Origin: Felis catus
Taxonomy: Eukaryota
Direction of reading: 5' to 3'
Assembly (NCBI RefSeq): GCF_018350175.1
Contig: NC_058368.1
Span: 149,050,001 to 149,114,000 of the forward strand
DNA: 64,000 bases
Notes under the pieces: generated by a model
The model's database searches: none
Seen by the model: only the letters and a program-made list of their open reading frames with translations
What the model was told of the DNA's origin: nothing
Program-made: the position numbers and the translations under genes
Shown: one piece after another, positions 12,330 to 24,570 of the stretch
How the letters are laid out: each line of letters starts with the position of its first letter
Position numbering within the stretch: position 1 is the first letter of the stretch

Positions 12330-12445
12330 ACATATCTAATTATATTAGTAAAATATTTTGTTCTTATTAATAAATTTAATGAAATGAATATATTTTAAAT
12401 ATTAGAAGAGACATTCAGAAGATTCAGAGCTATAACTCCCATTTT

Positions 12446-12665
12446 CTTTTTAAAAACTTTTTTTAATGTTTATATATTTTTGAGAGAAAGAGAGAGCATG
12501 AGCAGGGGAGGGGCAGAGAGAGAGAGGGAGACACAGAATCTGAAGCAGGCTCCAGACTCTGAGCTGTCAGCACAAAGCCCAACACGGGGGTGGAACTCAT
12601 GAGCCCTGAGATCATGACCTGAGCCAAAGTCAGATGCTTAACCGACTGAGCCACCCAGGCGCTTC
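12446..12665 (-). mobile_element. Can-SINE
   Basis: Full antisense body; TSD similar to aactcccattttc. Confidence 0.92.
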
Positions 12666-12911
12666 TAGAACTCCCACTTTCAATTACATTAACAACGTAT
12701 CTCTGAAGGACTTTAGGGTATGATACTTAAGTGACAAAGAGAAAGCAGTGATTTAGTCTTAAAATCTAATTTATATGTGAAGTAATAATTTTATTTTTCT
12801 TAATATAGAACATCACACTTTTAGTATTTTAGTTTATTTTCCATAATTCTAAAATAGTTTCATGATAAAGACATGATTGTTATTCACTATATCAATTAAT
12901 GAAAGAAAAAG

Positions 12912-13130
12912 AGGGGTACCTTGGTGGCTCAGTCAGTTCAGTGTCCAACTTCAGCTCAGGTCATGATCTCTCAGTTTGTGAGTTCAAGCCCCGCGTCAGG
13001 CTCTGTGCTGACAGCTCAGAGCCTGGAGCCTGCTTCAGATTCTCTCTGCCCCTCCGCTGCTCATGCTCTGTGTCTCTCTGTCTCTCAATAATAAATAAAT
13101 GCTAAAAAAATTGTTAATAAAAAAAGAAAA
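12912..13130 (+). mobile_element. Can-SINE
   Basis: Sense body with A tail. Confidence 0.92.
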
Positions 13131-13411
13131 AAAATGTGCATTTTGTTTTGTAAGCAAAGAATATTTTTACTATGACAAAATATTATCCTTGTATTTCCTT
13201 ATGTAATATATATATTTACAATTATTTTATACAAGTTTTGATTTTTAAATGATGATATTTAGTTTCATATAAGTTCATATTATCTCTTTACAAGCATCAA
13301 ACTAATGCCATGTAGTTTGGTCTTCATCTACCTAATAAAGGACTACATTTAATATCTTTTTGTAGACTGACATAGAAAATTTATTTAGAATATACTGTAA
13401 CTAAAGATATA

Positions 13412-13863
13412 CAGGCATATCTAGCTTTACTGTGCTTTGCATATATTTGAATTTTTACAAATTGAATGTTTGTAGTAACCCCCTCTTAAGCAAGTGTTTC
13501 CGCACCATTTTTTCAACAGCATTTGCTCACATTGTGTCTCTGTGTCACATTTTGGTGATTCTCACAGCATTTCAAACTTTATCACCCTTATTATTATATT
13601 TGTTATTGTGATCTGTGATCAGTAATCATGACATACTGAAAGCTGAGGTGATGGTTAGCTTTCTTTTTAGCAAAAAGTATGTTTAATTAAGGTATGCACA
13701 TTTTTTTACACATAATGCTATTGCACACTTAATAGATTAAAGTGTAAACATAAGTTTTATATGCCCTGGGAAACAAAAAAAGTTAATTTGACTTGCTTCA
13801 TGTAATATTTACTTTATTGCACTGCTCTGGAACCAAACCCGCAATATCTTCTAGGTATGCCTA
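13412..13863. mobile_element. Tigger1 internal-deletion derivative (TcMar DNA transposon)
   Basis: TIRs caggcatatct../..aggtatgccta, TA on the left flank, Tigger1 terminal text. Confidence 0.85.
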
Positions 13864-14621
13864 TGCAGTAATAGTATTAATTAAAGTCCATTCAAAACCT
13901 CAGACTTTTCATTGCATTTGCCCTGCCAGGGAGAGAAGGACAGTACAATGTGTACTTTACTGCAGGGGGAAATGGTTTAGGGCAATTATGTCTAAACACA
14001 GAGAAAACTGCAATGTAATAAAACCTACATACCATTTCCTTCCCAAATACACCAGGTGGATGTTCACTCACCTATAACAAACCTTATTTATGAAATAAAT
14101 GGACATTCAGTATCTAGGAATACATTTTTCCCTCCTTCTTCTTCTTACATCTAAAATAAACTGGTTCTGTGTTACTTCTCATAAACCAAAGATACGTAAT
14201 GACTATTCATAATAATGACTATGCATGATGCTTAGAAATTTTAGTAGAAAAAGGAATATCTCCTTTTACTATTATAAATATTCATCATTCAACTGTATGA
14301 TATGTCAGTTATTGCTACTAAACACAAACAAGCAAAACACACAAAAAAGCAAAGAGAAATCCTGACCTCTCTGAATGTCAAAGGTCCTCTGAACAAAGAC
14401 TGTTTTCAAGTGATTTGAATTATGTGGCCAAATCCTGCTCCAGTGCCAGGTATATAGAGGCCACTTGACTTAGTTACCCAATCCTGAACTCTTGGAAGTG
14501 TTAATGACAGCCTTAGTCCTTCCCTTATACAAATTAAAGAATGAGCTAAGATCTATTCTATCTGCTTCTCTCACATGAGCCATTAGCTAAGACCCATAAA
14601 GTTTAAGATACAGTTGCTGGC

Positions 14622-14818
14622 CAGGACGCCAGGGTCACTCAGCCAGTGGACAACTGACTCTTGATTTCAGCTCATGTCATGGTCCAGCCCCAAGTCGGGC
14701 TCCCCACTGAGCATGGAGCCTGCTTAAGATTCTCTCTCTCTTTTCCTCTGTCCCTCTTCCCCTTTCATATTCTCTCTCACTAAAATAAAGAAAATTAAGT
14801 AAAAAAAAAAAAAATAAT
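14622..14818 (+). mobile_element. Can-SINE
   Basis: TSD taaga(t/c)acagttgctgg. Confidence 0.9.
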
Positions 14819-14964
14819 AAGACACAGTTGCTGGTCCTCCAAAAGTTAGTACTTTGAAATAATAAAATGAATGGAGTGAAGTCAGTTAAAATTTTCTTTA
14901 TCTATTAATGGTTAAACAAGCTTGTGGGAAGATCTAAAATCCTACTTAGGATAAATATAGAGGA

Positions 14965-15210
14965 AACTTGGTGTAGTAGATAAAAGCTAAAAATGCATGG
15001 GTTCATGGCTGAGCCAAATGTCTTCCATTTAGATTCCCTTTTCTGAGTTAATTAACCTCTGAGTCTTACTTTTCTAGTCTTGTAAAAATGGGGAAGATAA
15101 TTGTAACTTCTTTCCTTATAAGTCTATTGCTAAGACTAAATAAGATAATCCATGTAAATCAATCGACACATAAAAACTGCTGTGTAAGTTTTAGCTATAA
15201 TAATCATTAA
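14965..15210 (+). mobile_element. MIR
   Basis: aacctctgagtcttacttttctagtcttgtaaaaatgggg..taaataagataatccatgtaaa. Confidence 0.7.
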
Positions 15211-15545
15211 TATAATGAGTCTATACAATTGTTTCGATGAGAAAAATATTGAGCAAATGCTCAGAAGACAATTCTTTGAAATGTTGAGATCTGTGTATTT
15301 TAATTTTAACATTGGCTCATTGGCTTCATATCTTAAAATAAATTAAATAAGCATGTAACTCCATTGAACATCATTTAATTTTTCATTTCTTTAATGCCAA
15401 TTATTTATAGTCATTATTATGTAAATATAATGTCACTTTGAGGACCAGTACAGTCCATATCCCTGCCCCCTACCTAATAAAACTGCGGCCCTACTGTGGT
15501 ATCAGGTGGCCACATACTGAAAAAAATTATCATTATGCCTAACAG

Positions 15546-15621
15546 AATCTCAAGAAATATCACTGGACTCCCAGTAGCTCCTGAAATCATTTGAGCAAAT
15601 AATTATATTCTCCAAACCCAG
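15546..15621 (+). pseudogene. Probable fossil exon (..LLKSFEQIIIFSKP)
   Basis: cctaacag| acceptor, AG|gttaaa donor. Weak match to TTC3 ENQFKRIIEHYP. Phase 2 matches the next exon. Confidence 0.35.
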
Positions 15622-16088
15622 GTTAAAGGGGAATATGTTGACAAAAATAAAAATAAATAATAGCTCATTTAGGCCATTTCCAATATCTGGTATTAAATGA
15701 GCAAACTGCCTAATGTTACTCTTACCTTCTATAATAATGGCTAAAGTATATTGAATTTTATGATATATCAGGTACGATGCAAAATATTTACTTGCATTAT
15801 CTCCTTTATTACTGAGAACAATGTTATGAATAAATCTTATCCTAATCCCCATTCTATAGATGAGCCTATTGAGATACAGTTTATTATACAGTTTACACAT
15901 GTAAGAGTTAAGATTGCAATCCAAGACATTTCATTTTCATTAGCTAACCTGTAGGAAGTGGGAGTCAGATCTGCCAGATAACATCAGGAGGCTTAGTTAA
16001 GTATATGTCCTTAATATTGTAATTTTTTATTATTTGTTCGACACACAAATTGAACTAGGCATCTTCCATTTTTACTTGCTAAATCTAG

Positions 16089-16304
16089 CAATCCTACTTA
16101 TGGGGGTCTATAGGTTGTTAGCTTAATAAGCAGATCCTGAATTTTTTCATGAGAAGAGTAGGTTCGCCTCACTGAAGAGCTTTATTTCACCCAGTGTTTG
16201 GGATAGTTGAGAAAATTTAAGAGGTTAGGTAGCAGAAGACAAGCAAGTGAGGCATCTGGAAGAAAAGTGGAATTTGGGAAAATTTTGAAATGTTTAGATG
16301 GAAG
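16089..16304 (+). pseudogene. Fossil exon (PTYGGL*VVSL..EELYFTQCLG)
   Basis: ctaaatctag| acceptor, AG|gtgagg donor. YGGL*VVSL resembles TTC3 YCGIGKVYL. Several stops. Confidence 0.5.
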
Positions 16305-16353
16305 GTGAGGTTATGTGATATGGCATGCAAAATAATTTTTCTTCTCCAAATAG

Positions 16354-16560
16354 ACACAAAAGTTGTTGAAAGTTCAGTGAGCTCTCTTTGAAATGTGATG
16401 AAATCTTCTGTTTTGCTTCAAAGCACGTCCTGAGTGAGACCAGAACCCACCATGAGGATCCAGTTAGATCTAGAATATATAAAATAGTTCTTATTTGCTT
16501 CAAAGAATTATAATTTGCTTTACTGAGGAAGGATAGCCAGGCAGGGAAGGAGAGATTAAA
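16354..16560 (+). pseudogene. Fossil exon, Cys-rich domain (KFSELSLKCDEIFCFASKHVLSETRTHHEDPVRSRIYKIVLICFK)
   Basis: ttttcttctccaaatag| acceptor. Resembles TTC3 KFVEECKFPPVPDAICCYQKCHGYSKIQIYITDPDF. 3' boundary unclear. Confidence 0.6.
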
Positions 16561-16625
16561 GATCAAATTCAATTCTATGTTGGTTGTTTAAGTTGTGTTA
16601 AGGATGTTAGATTTTAATTTAACCA

Positions 16626-16982
16626 GTGTTCTGAGTTTGGGCTACTGTAACAAATTACCATAGACTGAATGGCTTAAACAAGATTTATTTCAGATAGTTC
16701 TAGAGGCTAGAAGTTCCAGATCAAGGTGCCAACATGGTCAAGTTATTGGGGAGAGCCCTCTTTTTGTTTATGTCCTCACATGATTTTTCTTTGGTGCATG
16801 CAGAAATGCTGCGTCTTCATCTCTATTTATAAGGGCATTAATCCCATCATGAGGACCCTATTCTCATGACTTCACCTAACTGTAATTACCTCCCAAAGGT
16901 TCCACCTCCAAATATCATCATATTGGGGTTTGGATTTTCAGCATATGAATTTGGGAGCACACAAATATTCAGTCCAGAGCAC
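16626..16982 (-). mobile_element. MLT1A-type MaLR LTR
   Basis: gggctactgtaacaaattaccatagactg..taatcccatcatgagg..attcagtccagagca. Confidence 0.9.
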
Positions 16983-17572
16983 TAGTTAATTTAAAAACAA
17001 TTTGTTCAATGGAATTCAAGTTGTACTTTTTATTAGATCAGCTTGCACATAATACATATAAGGGTTTCTATCAGCAGTAAAGGGCGTATCTATTAAACTA
17101 TAGAATTTTATGTTTTATTGTCCAAGACATTAAAAATAAGCCTCTTTGACTAAATTGTAATGAGACTTAACCTTCATAGCTTAAACATCATGGTATTTAC
17201 TTACATCCTATAAAATCCAGTTTAATGGAAAAGTCTATAGGTAGGAGAGAGGAAAAACAAAGAATATCAATAATCTTTCTTTATATGGATTTTATGATTG
17301 ATATGCCTTTATATTATCTCATATTAAACATATAAGAAGGTTTAAGATTATTTACAGCCTTCTAGTAAAAAAGAAAAATCTAGTGTATACAAAACAGAAT
17401 CAATTTATGTACTTTCTGCTAAGATTAACCTTTACTGCCCAAGATTTATTGAACTGTGGAGATGGAGTAGAGGAGAATTCATAGGTGTGGTGAAATGGTC
17501 AGAAACAACTGACTGATTTGTACAGAAGTGAATTCAGTTCAGTGTGTCATTGTTAGTGTCTCTTTCCCACAG

Positions 17573-17756
17573 TGACTGGCAAAAACTTGCCTCTGCCAAG
17601 AGTTCAAGGGCCTGCTGACATGGACTAAGTGACCACCATCAAAAACTTCTGTCTGCCAATCCAATCCTAGGAAACTTGTTCTTAAGAAAAAAGAAAATAA
17701 GAAAAGGAAAGGAAAGGAAAGAAAATTTGAAACGAAAAAAAAAAAAAGGAAGGAAG
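17573..17756 (+). pseudogene. Fossil exon, CxxxxC plus Lys-rich segment
   Basis: tctctttcccacag| acceptor, G|gtaaaa donor. *LAKTCLCQEFKGLLTW..SNPRKLVLKKKENKKRKGKERK versus TTC3 FLQGICLTPDCEGVISK..SSLEKLRLKEDKKLKRKIQKK. Confidence 0.7.
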
Positions 17757-19175
17757 GTAAAAGTGTAGCTTTGGGGGAAGGCCATTTTTGAATTAGGACA
17801 CAGATTATTAAAAAGAAACAAAATGAAAAAAAAGTAAAATGATTCGAGGAGTGAAGAATAAAATAAGGCTGTTCACCTGATTTTAACCCAATAACCATAA
17901 TATGTCATGCTTTATACCTACCTTGATTTTTACTCCCAGACCTCCTACTACAAATAGCATAATTGACCACAAACTCTAGATGCTGCTCTTTGAAATTCAC
18001 CTTTGTGTTTGCACTGAGGCCAGACTCCTTCCCATGGCACTAAGACAGACTATTCCTGGGACATATGGATTCTAGTTCATTTCCCTAGTATCTATCCTGT
18101 TTTTCAAAAATTATGGGAATAACTCCACCTTGTGCCTTCTATCAAATTTTCTCCATTCCCAGCTCTTCATATCTCCCTTTCTGCTAACTCTGTTTTTGAA
18201 CAGTATGTATTTATTTCCATAATTAAGACCCATATATAATAATTGAGGCAGGGGGTCAATTACTATCCTTTGGAACATTCTTTTGGCATCCTATGAGAAT
18301 CAGACTTTATGTATAATGGATTAGGATATGTTGTGCTAATAAAGAATCCCAAAATGTCAGATTTGATAGTAACAAAGGTTTATATATTTTCAACCACAAT
18401 TCTATAAGATAGTCACAGTCCACATTGAATTTCATTCCAGGACTAAAGCTCTTTCTTAGAGCATTGTAGTTCTTGAAATAGAGGAAAAAGAGAGATTATG
18501 AATCATATACTGACTCTGCCCTATGAAGACATATATCATTTCTGGCCATATCTGTTTCATTGGGGAAAGCCTGAGTTCCCCAGAGTGAGGATTTATAATC
18601 TTCAACAGGAAAGAATTATATGTTTCGGGTAAATTATATGTAATCATGGTCAAGGATCTTGTCTAGATAAAATCTTTAAGTCTGAAGTACTAAATTCTCT
18701 ATTCTTTTTCTACTGGTTTCTTCATGCTGTCCATACCATGGACTTTAGTTTAAAGGTCTTAAAGCAATTTGGCTTTGCCTGCTGCTGATCTTAAAGCAAT
18801 TTGGAATAATAGGCCTTTTGTTGTAGGCTCCTATTCTTGTTTAGTGGTTAACACTCAAAAGAAAGTACTTGGCAAAAGCAGGTCACTAGATTACTTCCTG
18901 TTAAAGTTGTAGCTTCAAAACCATCATAATAACCATTGCAATTTAGTCTTTTTAACCCTGGAAACTAGAAATTGTGGAACTCTCAGTCAGTTTTGATTTC
19001 AGGTCACAAGTAGAGAGCAACTCTTAGGACAGAATTATTTCCTTCCATTTCTACCTCTATTCCCTCTTCCAAGACTCAGAAAACAACAAAAAGTACCCAA
19101 TATTCTGATTTTTTTCCTTCTGTTTCCCCATCTTTATAACCTCAGTCATCATATGGTCTTCATCCCAAGTAGGAC

Positions 19176-19395
19176 GTTTTTTTTTTTCAATTTCTTTTGA
19201 TGTTTATTTATTTTCAAAAGAGTGAGACAGAGTGTGAGTGGGGGAGGGGCAGAGAGAGAGGGAGACAGACTGAAGCAGGCCCCAGGCTCTGAGCTGTCCG
19301 CACAGAGCCCAACATGGGGGTGGAACTCATGAACTGCAAGATCATGACCTGAGCCAAAGTTGGATGCTTAGCCAACTGATCCACCCAGGTGCCCT
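19176..19395 (-). mobile_element. Can-SINE
   Basis: Antisense SINEC body. Confidence 0.9.
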
Positions 19396-19425
19396 GACCA
19401 TTTAAAATATTTTAAGTGCGTACAG

Positions 19426-20278
19426 AGGTTCTCCTGAAATTCTGACTCAATTTATTACTCCAGTAACAAACCTGAGAGCATCCATCCATTTCACAAAACT
19501 TTCAAGGGTCCTCAGGATAGTCAATCTTCTGACTCTTTTCCAATATGAAAACAAAAAATTATTTCTTTCAGGATGATATGTATTTATATATTTCAGTCTA
19601 TCATTAAGTCAAACATCTTGTATAATCTTATTAGACTGCTCAGAGCTTTGCAATTTATATCAATTATAAGAATCCTAAAGTTTTATTTGATTTTTAATCT
19701 AAGAGAGCAGGTACTCACTCTCTCTTGCATGTTATCTATTTTTATTAGAAATGAAGATTATAGGGATTTTTTTATTAGAAATCAAGATTATAGCCACCTG
19801 GGTGGCTCAGTGGTTGAGTGGTGGACTTAGGCTCAGGTCCATAAGTCCGTGAGTTTGAGCCTGGAGTTGGGCTTTGTGCTGACAGCTTGGAGCCTGGAAC
19901 CTGGTTTGAAATCTGTGTCTACCTCTCTGTCTGCACCTTCCCCCCCTCCCCACGCCTCAAAAATAAATGAACATTAAAAAAAATTTTTTTAATAAAAAAA
20001 AAGGAATAAAGAAAAGAAATCAGGATTATAGGGGCACCTGGGTGGCTCAGTCAGTTAAACATTCGACTTTGGCTCAGGTCATGATCTTGTGGTTTGTGAG
20101 TTCAACAACCACGTAGGGCTCTGTGCTGACAACACAGAGCCTGGAGCCTGTTTCAAATTATGTGTCTCCTTCTCTCTGCCCTTCCACCCCCTCAAAAATA
20201 AACAAACATTTAAAAAAAATTAAAGAAATCAGGATTACATTGCAAAGTCATTGAAATCTATATTAAAATATACAACTG
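19426..20278 (+). pseudogene. Fossil exon interrupted by two Can-SINEs
   Basis: CIYIFQSIIKSNILYNLIRLLRAL resembles TTC3 CIKQYADKIKSGIQNTAMLLKEL. The frame resumes after the SINEs (RNQDYIAKSLKSILKYTT) and ends G|gtaaag. Confidence 0.65.
19792..20224 (+). mobile_element. Two head-to-tail Can-SINEs at one target site
   Basis: agaaatca(a/g)gatta occurs before, between and after the two SINEs. Confidence 0.92.
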
Positions 20279-20284
20279 GTAAAG

Positions 20285-21600
20285 TGAATAATCTTATTCT
20301 GAAATTGACATGGAGCGATAAAGGCTCACAAATGGCTAAGTCGACCTTAATAAAGAGTAATAAAAGGTACAACTTTGCCCTACCAGATATTAAGATACAT
20401 TACAAGACTATAGAAATAAAACCAGCACTATTTTGGTACAAGAACAGAAACACTGAATGAAATATCCATACACAAATGACATCTTAATATGTAATAAAGT
20501 TGGACTGATACATCAATGGGGAGAGGACAGATTATCTAGTTGATTTACTCTGGAAAAGTTGCTCGCTCCATGTAGTAAAACAAAATTTTAGTCTTGCTTA
20601 ACACTACAAAGGTAGAACTGGATCAATTAAGATTTAAATGTGAAAGATAAAATTTTAAGATAAATAGAAATAGAGGACAATAACTTTATAATCTAAGGCA
20701 GGGAAGGGTTACCTTTAAAAATACTTTAAGAGTTAAACTATAAATCAAAAAACTGAGACAATTTGATTATGTAAAAACTAAAGTTTTCTTTTCAAATAAG
20801 GTATCTTAAAAAAATTACTATCCAAGAATTAAAATTAAAGAAGATATTTGTAGTATCTAATATCAACCAAGGGAGTAATATCTACAGTATACAAGGAGCT
20901 CCTGGAAGTCAAAAGAATAGCACAGTTTATGAGCAGTGGATTTCTAGAACTGCAAACCCACATTCTACTGGCAGTCTCATTCCATCAGTGATTCATGATG
21001 ATTCCTTTATGTCCACAATTCCTGGTAGAAGATAGATTGATGTGGCCATTCTGGAAAATTGTCTGATATTATTTATGCAGATTAAAAATACGTAGACCAT
21101 ATGAACCAGAAACTTTAAAAGAAATACACATACAATTCTCTAATGCCATTCAGTGGAATGGTGAGTAGGTAAAACAGGATGGATCTGTACACTGTGAAGT
21201 CATTTGTAGCAACTGGAACCCATAGATTAATAGACCCAGAAAAATAGAAGCTTAAAAAGTTTATCATTAAAGTTTATCATTTAAAGTTTAAGTTTTTAAG
21301 TTTATCATTAAAAGAGAAGGTAAGAAAAAGAAATAAAATATGTAACCAATATAAATTGTATAAATTTACATAAATTTAAAATACATACACCCAAGCAACA
21401 ATAAACATTTGGAAAGGATATGTGCAAACAGAAAGTTGTACATTTAAAAAAGTAGATTACTCATGGGAAGTAGGAATAAGTAAAAAGAAAATTGTATTGG
21501 GGTGTGGGGACAAATAGGAATAAAAAAATAGAAAAGGATCTTGCAAGGATCAATGATGATAATAAAAATTAACTAAGAACCATAAGTAGTTCAAGCCTCT
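20285..21600 (+). mobile_element. Old L1 ORF2 C-terminal and 3' fragment
   Basis: LILKLTW..MAKSTL..LPDIKIHYKTIEIKPALFWYKNR resembles L1 ORF2p LKFIW..[26 protein letters not shown]. Confidence 0.85.
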
Positions 21601-21795
21601 GCAGTTGTGGTAACTAAAATAAAATAAGAAGATTAAATCAATCAATAGGAATAGTCGACTTATTTATGTAGCCTTATAGTTACTTTTATTGCTGCTATTA
21701 TTGTCTCATTTAAGATGTTGTGGTTCTAGATTGTTTCTTAACACATATTACCCCTACCAAATATGGTTGTAATGTTCCGGTTGTCTTTGTGGCAG

Positions 21796-22110
21796 GTAAA
21801 ATCAACATATTAGGTAATCAGCATTAAGTTCAGGAACATTGCAGTGTATCATCAAAGTCTGCTCTTAACACACTTCTGAAAACAATTTAGCTCCGACTTT
21901 GATTACTTCACCAATAATCCCTGGCTTCTCATTTCAACTTCCTATATAGATTTGGAGATGTCAAGAACCCACAGAGTATATCTGTTTCCTGATGGAAATT
22001 CACACTATCACCAGCCAATTGATTCAGTTATCTTCATGATCAATAGCACTCATCACAGTAAAAATATTATCAGCAATTTTCCTTGCTTATTAATATGACT
22101 GGAAAGAACT
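21796..22110 (+). pseudogene. Fossil exon (..SALNTLLKTI*LRL*LLHQ*SLASHFNFLY..YICFLMEIH)
   Basis: tttgtggcag| acceptor, phase 1 matches the previous donor. Ungapped 7/30 identity to TTC3 DATGTFFSRYGASLKLLDFSIMTFLWNEKY, followed by a LIWLLEEH-like motif. Confidence 0.6.
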
Positions 22111-22342
22111 AGCCATTAAATTCTTCCATTCAAATCCACAAATACTGCTGTTGGAAATTTGCCAGATGTTTAATACATCATTGGAAACTAATGATAATGT
22201 AAAATTATCTTAATAAAATATCATTAAGATATTCAAATTCCTTTGTAAATTGAAACACCATTTAGTTTCATGGATAATTAAAATATATTCCCCAAAGATA
22301 TCCTTGGAAAATTATCTAGGGACTACTTTGATAAATATGCGG

Positions 22343-22537
22343 TTTTTTTTTAATGTTTATTTTTGAGAGAGAGAAGGAGAGCAGGTGAAGGGGCAGAAGG
22401 AGAGGGGAACAAATGCTCCGAAGCAGAATCTGTGCTGACAGCAGAGAGCCCAACGTGGGGCTAGAACTCACGAACCCTGATATCATGACCTGAGCTGAAG
22501 CCAGACACTCAACTGACTGAGCTACTCATTTACTCCT
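22343..22537 (-). mobile_element. Can-SINE
   Basis: Antisense SINEC body. Confidence 0.9.
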
Positions 22538-23656
22538 AAATAACTTTTTATTATTTTATTTTGATGCTATATGTCAGTTGTTTTATCCATTTAACATTCA
22601 TAACCATAATGAATAAAGTACAGAATAGTCAAGAGATTTGCATTTCATAGTCTTGCAAAAGGCAGATTTTTTAAATGTTTCTAAAAGCTAATTGATTTTC
22701 TAAAATAGGTCATTTTAGTTTAGTCTAGGGTTAGATTACAGATATTCAATAATTTATGTAAAAGTAATATCTAGTTGCTGTTGTATTGTAGATATATATA
22801 TATATATATCTATATATATATATATATATATATATACATACATATGCATATTTCCTTTTCAAGGATTTTTTCAAATTTTATTTTACTTTTTAGTATTTTT
22901 GTATTATATTAAATATATCTATCTTTTTTTCCCTATACTGAAGTCATGTTTTCTTAAAGCTTTTTTCTCTTTGCTTGTATCTTTACATTTGACTTAATGT
23001 CAATTGAAAATATTCCAGTTCTCACCAGAAATTCAGTTGGGGGAAATATTGTTTCTCTCCTACGTGTCTCATTCCACAGAGTCTGAGAGTTTCGTATAGT
23101 AGGTGCTCAGTAAATACTTACTGCGTGAAAGAATGAATAAATGAATGGACTGATCTTCTGGAAACTCATCCTAATATCCTGTATTAATAATGAATCCTTC
23201 CTATTCAGTTCATGTTTAGAAACAGAAACCATATTTTTTACTCATTACTGTATGTCTATATAGAAAAAGAGCACAAATATTATCTTTAATATTTAATTTA
23301 ATATAAAATTTAATTTAATATTTAAAAATTATCTATAATTTTTGGTCAGCAACACTGTCTTATTTGTGTTTTCTTTTTTCTGTTTTGACATAGTAATGGA
23401 AATTCCATATTTACACCTTAAAGTCAAAAGACTTTTAGTATATAAAGTAAACAAATAGAATTTCTTATCATATCCCAATTTCCATCATTTAAGGATGGAC
23501 ATTTGTATTTACATGTTCATATTCATACATATTCATTTAAAATAGTATGAGATAGTAATCACATACATTTTGATTATCAAACTTCAAAAAGAGAGCTTTT
23601 TGAGAATATTTACTTTCTAATGTAAAATAAGCAAAAATTGTGACTTTTATTTCTAG

Positions 23657-23817
23657 TTTTGAAGTATTTATTGTGAAATTGTAATGTCAATTTTACCAAT
23701 CTTCAAAAAAGGAGAGATTGTATTTATTATAATGGATAATGAGATTTGTCAATTTTCTTGTGGAAAGATAACAACTTAAGATATTCACCTTATAAAGACA
23801 TCATTTACATTCTTCAG
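23657..23817 (+). pseudogene. Fossil exon (FEVF..KKERLY..RFVNFLVER*QLK)
   Basis: ttttatttctag| acceptor, G|gtaaat donor. Resembles TTC3 FEALY..STLYDYFSQFLEEHGPL. Confidence 0.6.
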
Positions 23818-24259
23818 GTAAATTTCATTTTACATTAAGAGTCTTCTTGCTATGACTGTAATGCTATTATCAGAACAGAAAATTAGAAAGTGTTTTACAA
23901 AACAACTCAAGCTTTTTTACACTGTAATTGGCCCTGTCATTGTGTAGGTGATATATAAAACCCCATGGTTGGTTACTAAAGGATGAAAATAAAAATTTAA
24001 TGGTCCAAGTTTTCTCACAAGTGATATTTTACAATTATATATAATGTAGAGGAAACACTTCAATGGAGGAATATATGAGGAAGGACTTAAGGGCATATAA
24101 AAATCTGATTTAATATAATTGAACAACTATTGAAAGTCAATTTAACACAGTGCCTGGTATATAAGCACAGCTCAAAAATATTGATCAACTTATTAAAAAG
24201 TGAATTTAACCAAGTATTTAAATAACTTCATCATTTTCCTTAATGTATATTATTTTCAG

Positions 24260-24345
24260 TACAAGAAGGATGAGAGGATTTAGTCTCTTTAATGGAATGA
24301 TAATTTTGACAACTGCATCTCTATTTTTTCATTTATCCTTTAGTT
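24260..24345 (+). pseudogene. Fossil exon (..FDNCISIF)
   Basis: tattttcag| acceptor, phase-compatible. DNCISI resembles TTC3 IDNCIAL. Frameshifted. Confidence 0.45.
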
Positions 24346-24364
24346 TCTTTGTCACTTTTGGTAA

Positions 24365-24570
24365 TTTTTTTAAGTCTATTTATTTATTTTGAGAGAGAAA
24401 AAGCATGAGCAGGGAAGGGGAGAGAAAGAACGAGAAAGAGTACCCCAAGCCGACTCAGCAGTGTCAGTGCAGAGCCCAAGGTGGGGCTTGATCTCATGAA
24501 CCCATGGGATTATGATGTGAGGCAAAACCAAGAGTTGGACACTCAACAGAGTGAGACACCCAGGCGCCCC
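24365..24570 (-). mobile_element. Can-SINE
   Basis: Antisense body; TSD similar to ttttggtaa. Confidence 0.9.

Noticed and set aside
14355..14450. Open segment NPDLSECQRSSEQRLF.. ending at AG|gtatat
   Set aside because: No acceptor was found and the similarity is too short to assign to the fossil gene.
15550..15954. 124-aa and 67-aa ORFs
   Set aside because: They overlap a MIR and AT-rich sequence, with no recognisable protein features.
17539..17898. 119-aa Phe-rich minus-strand ORF
   Set aside because: It is the complement of the Lys-rich fossil exon and its A-rich flank.
21850..22260. Minus-strand resemblance to an RTE-X/L4-type reverse transcriptase (VSIYKG..RKIADNIFTV..LDISKS)
   Set aside because: It needs several frameshifts and lacks the downstream RT motifs. 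The + strand reading is splice-bounded, phase-compatible and colinear with the TTC3-like chain. A Dfam search would settle it.
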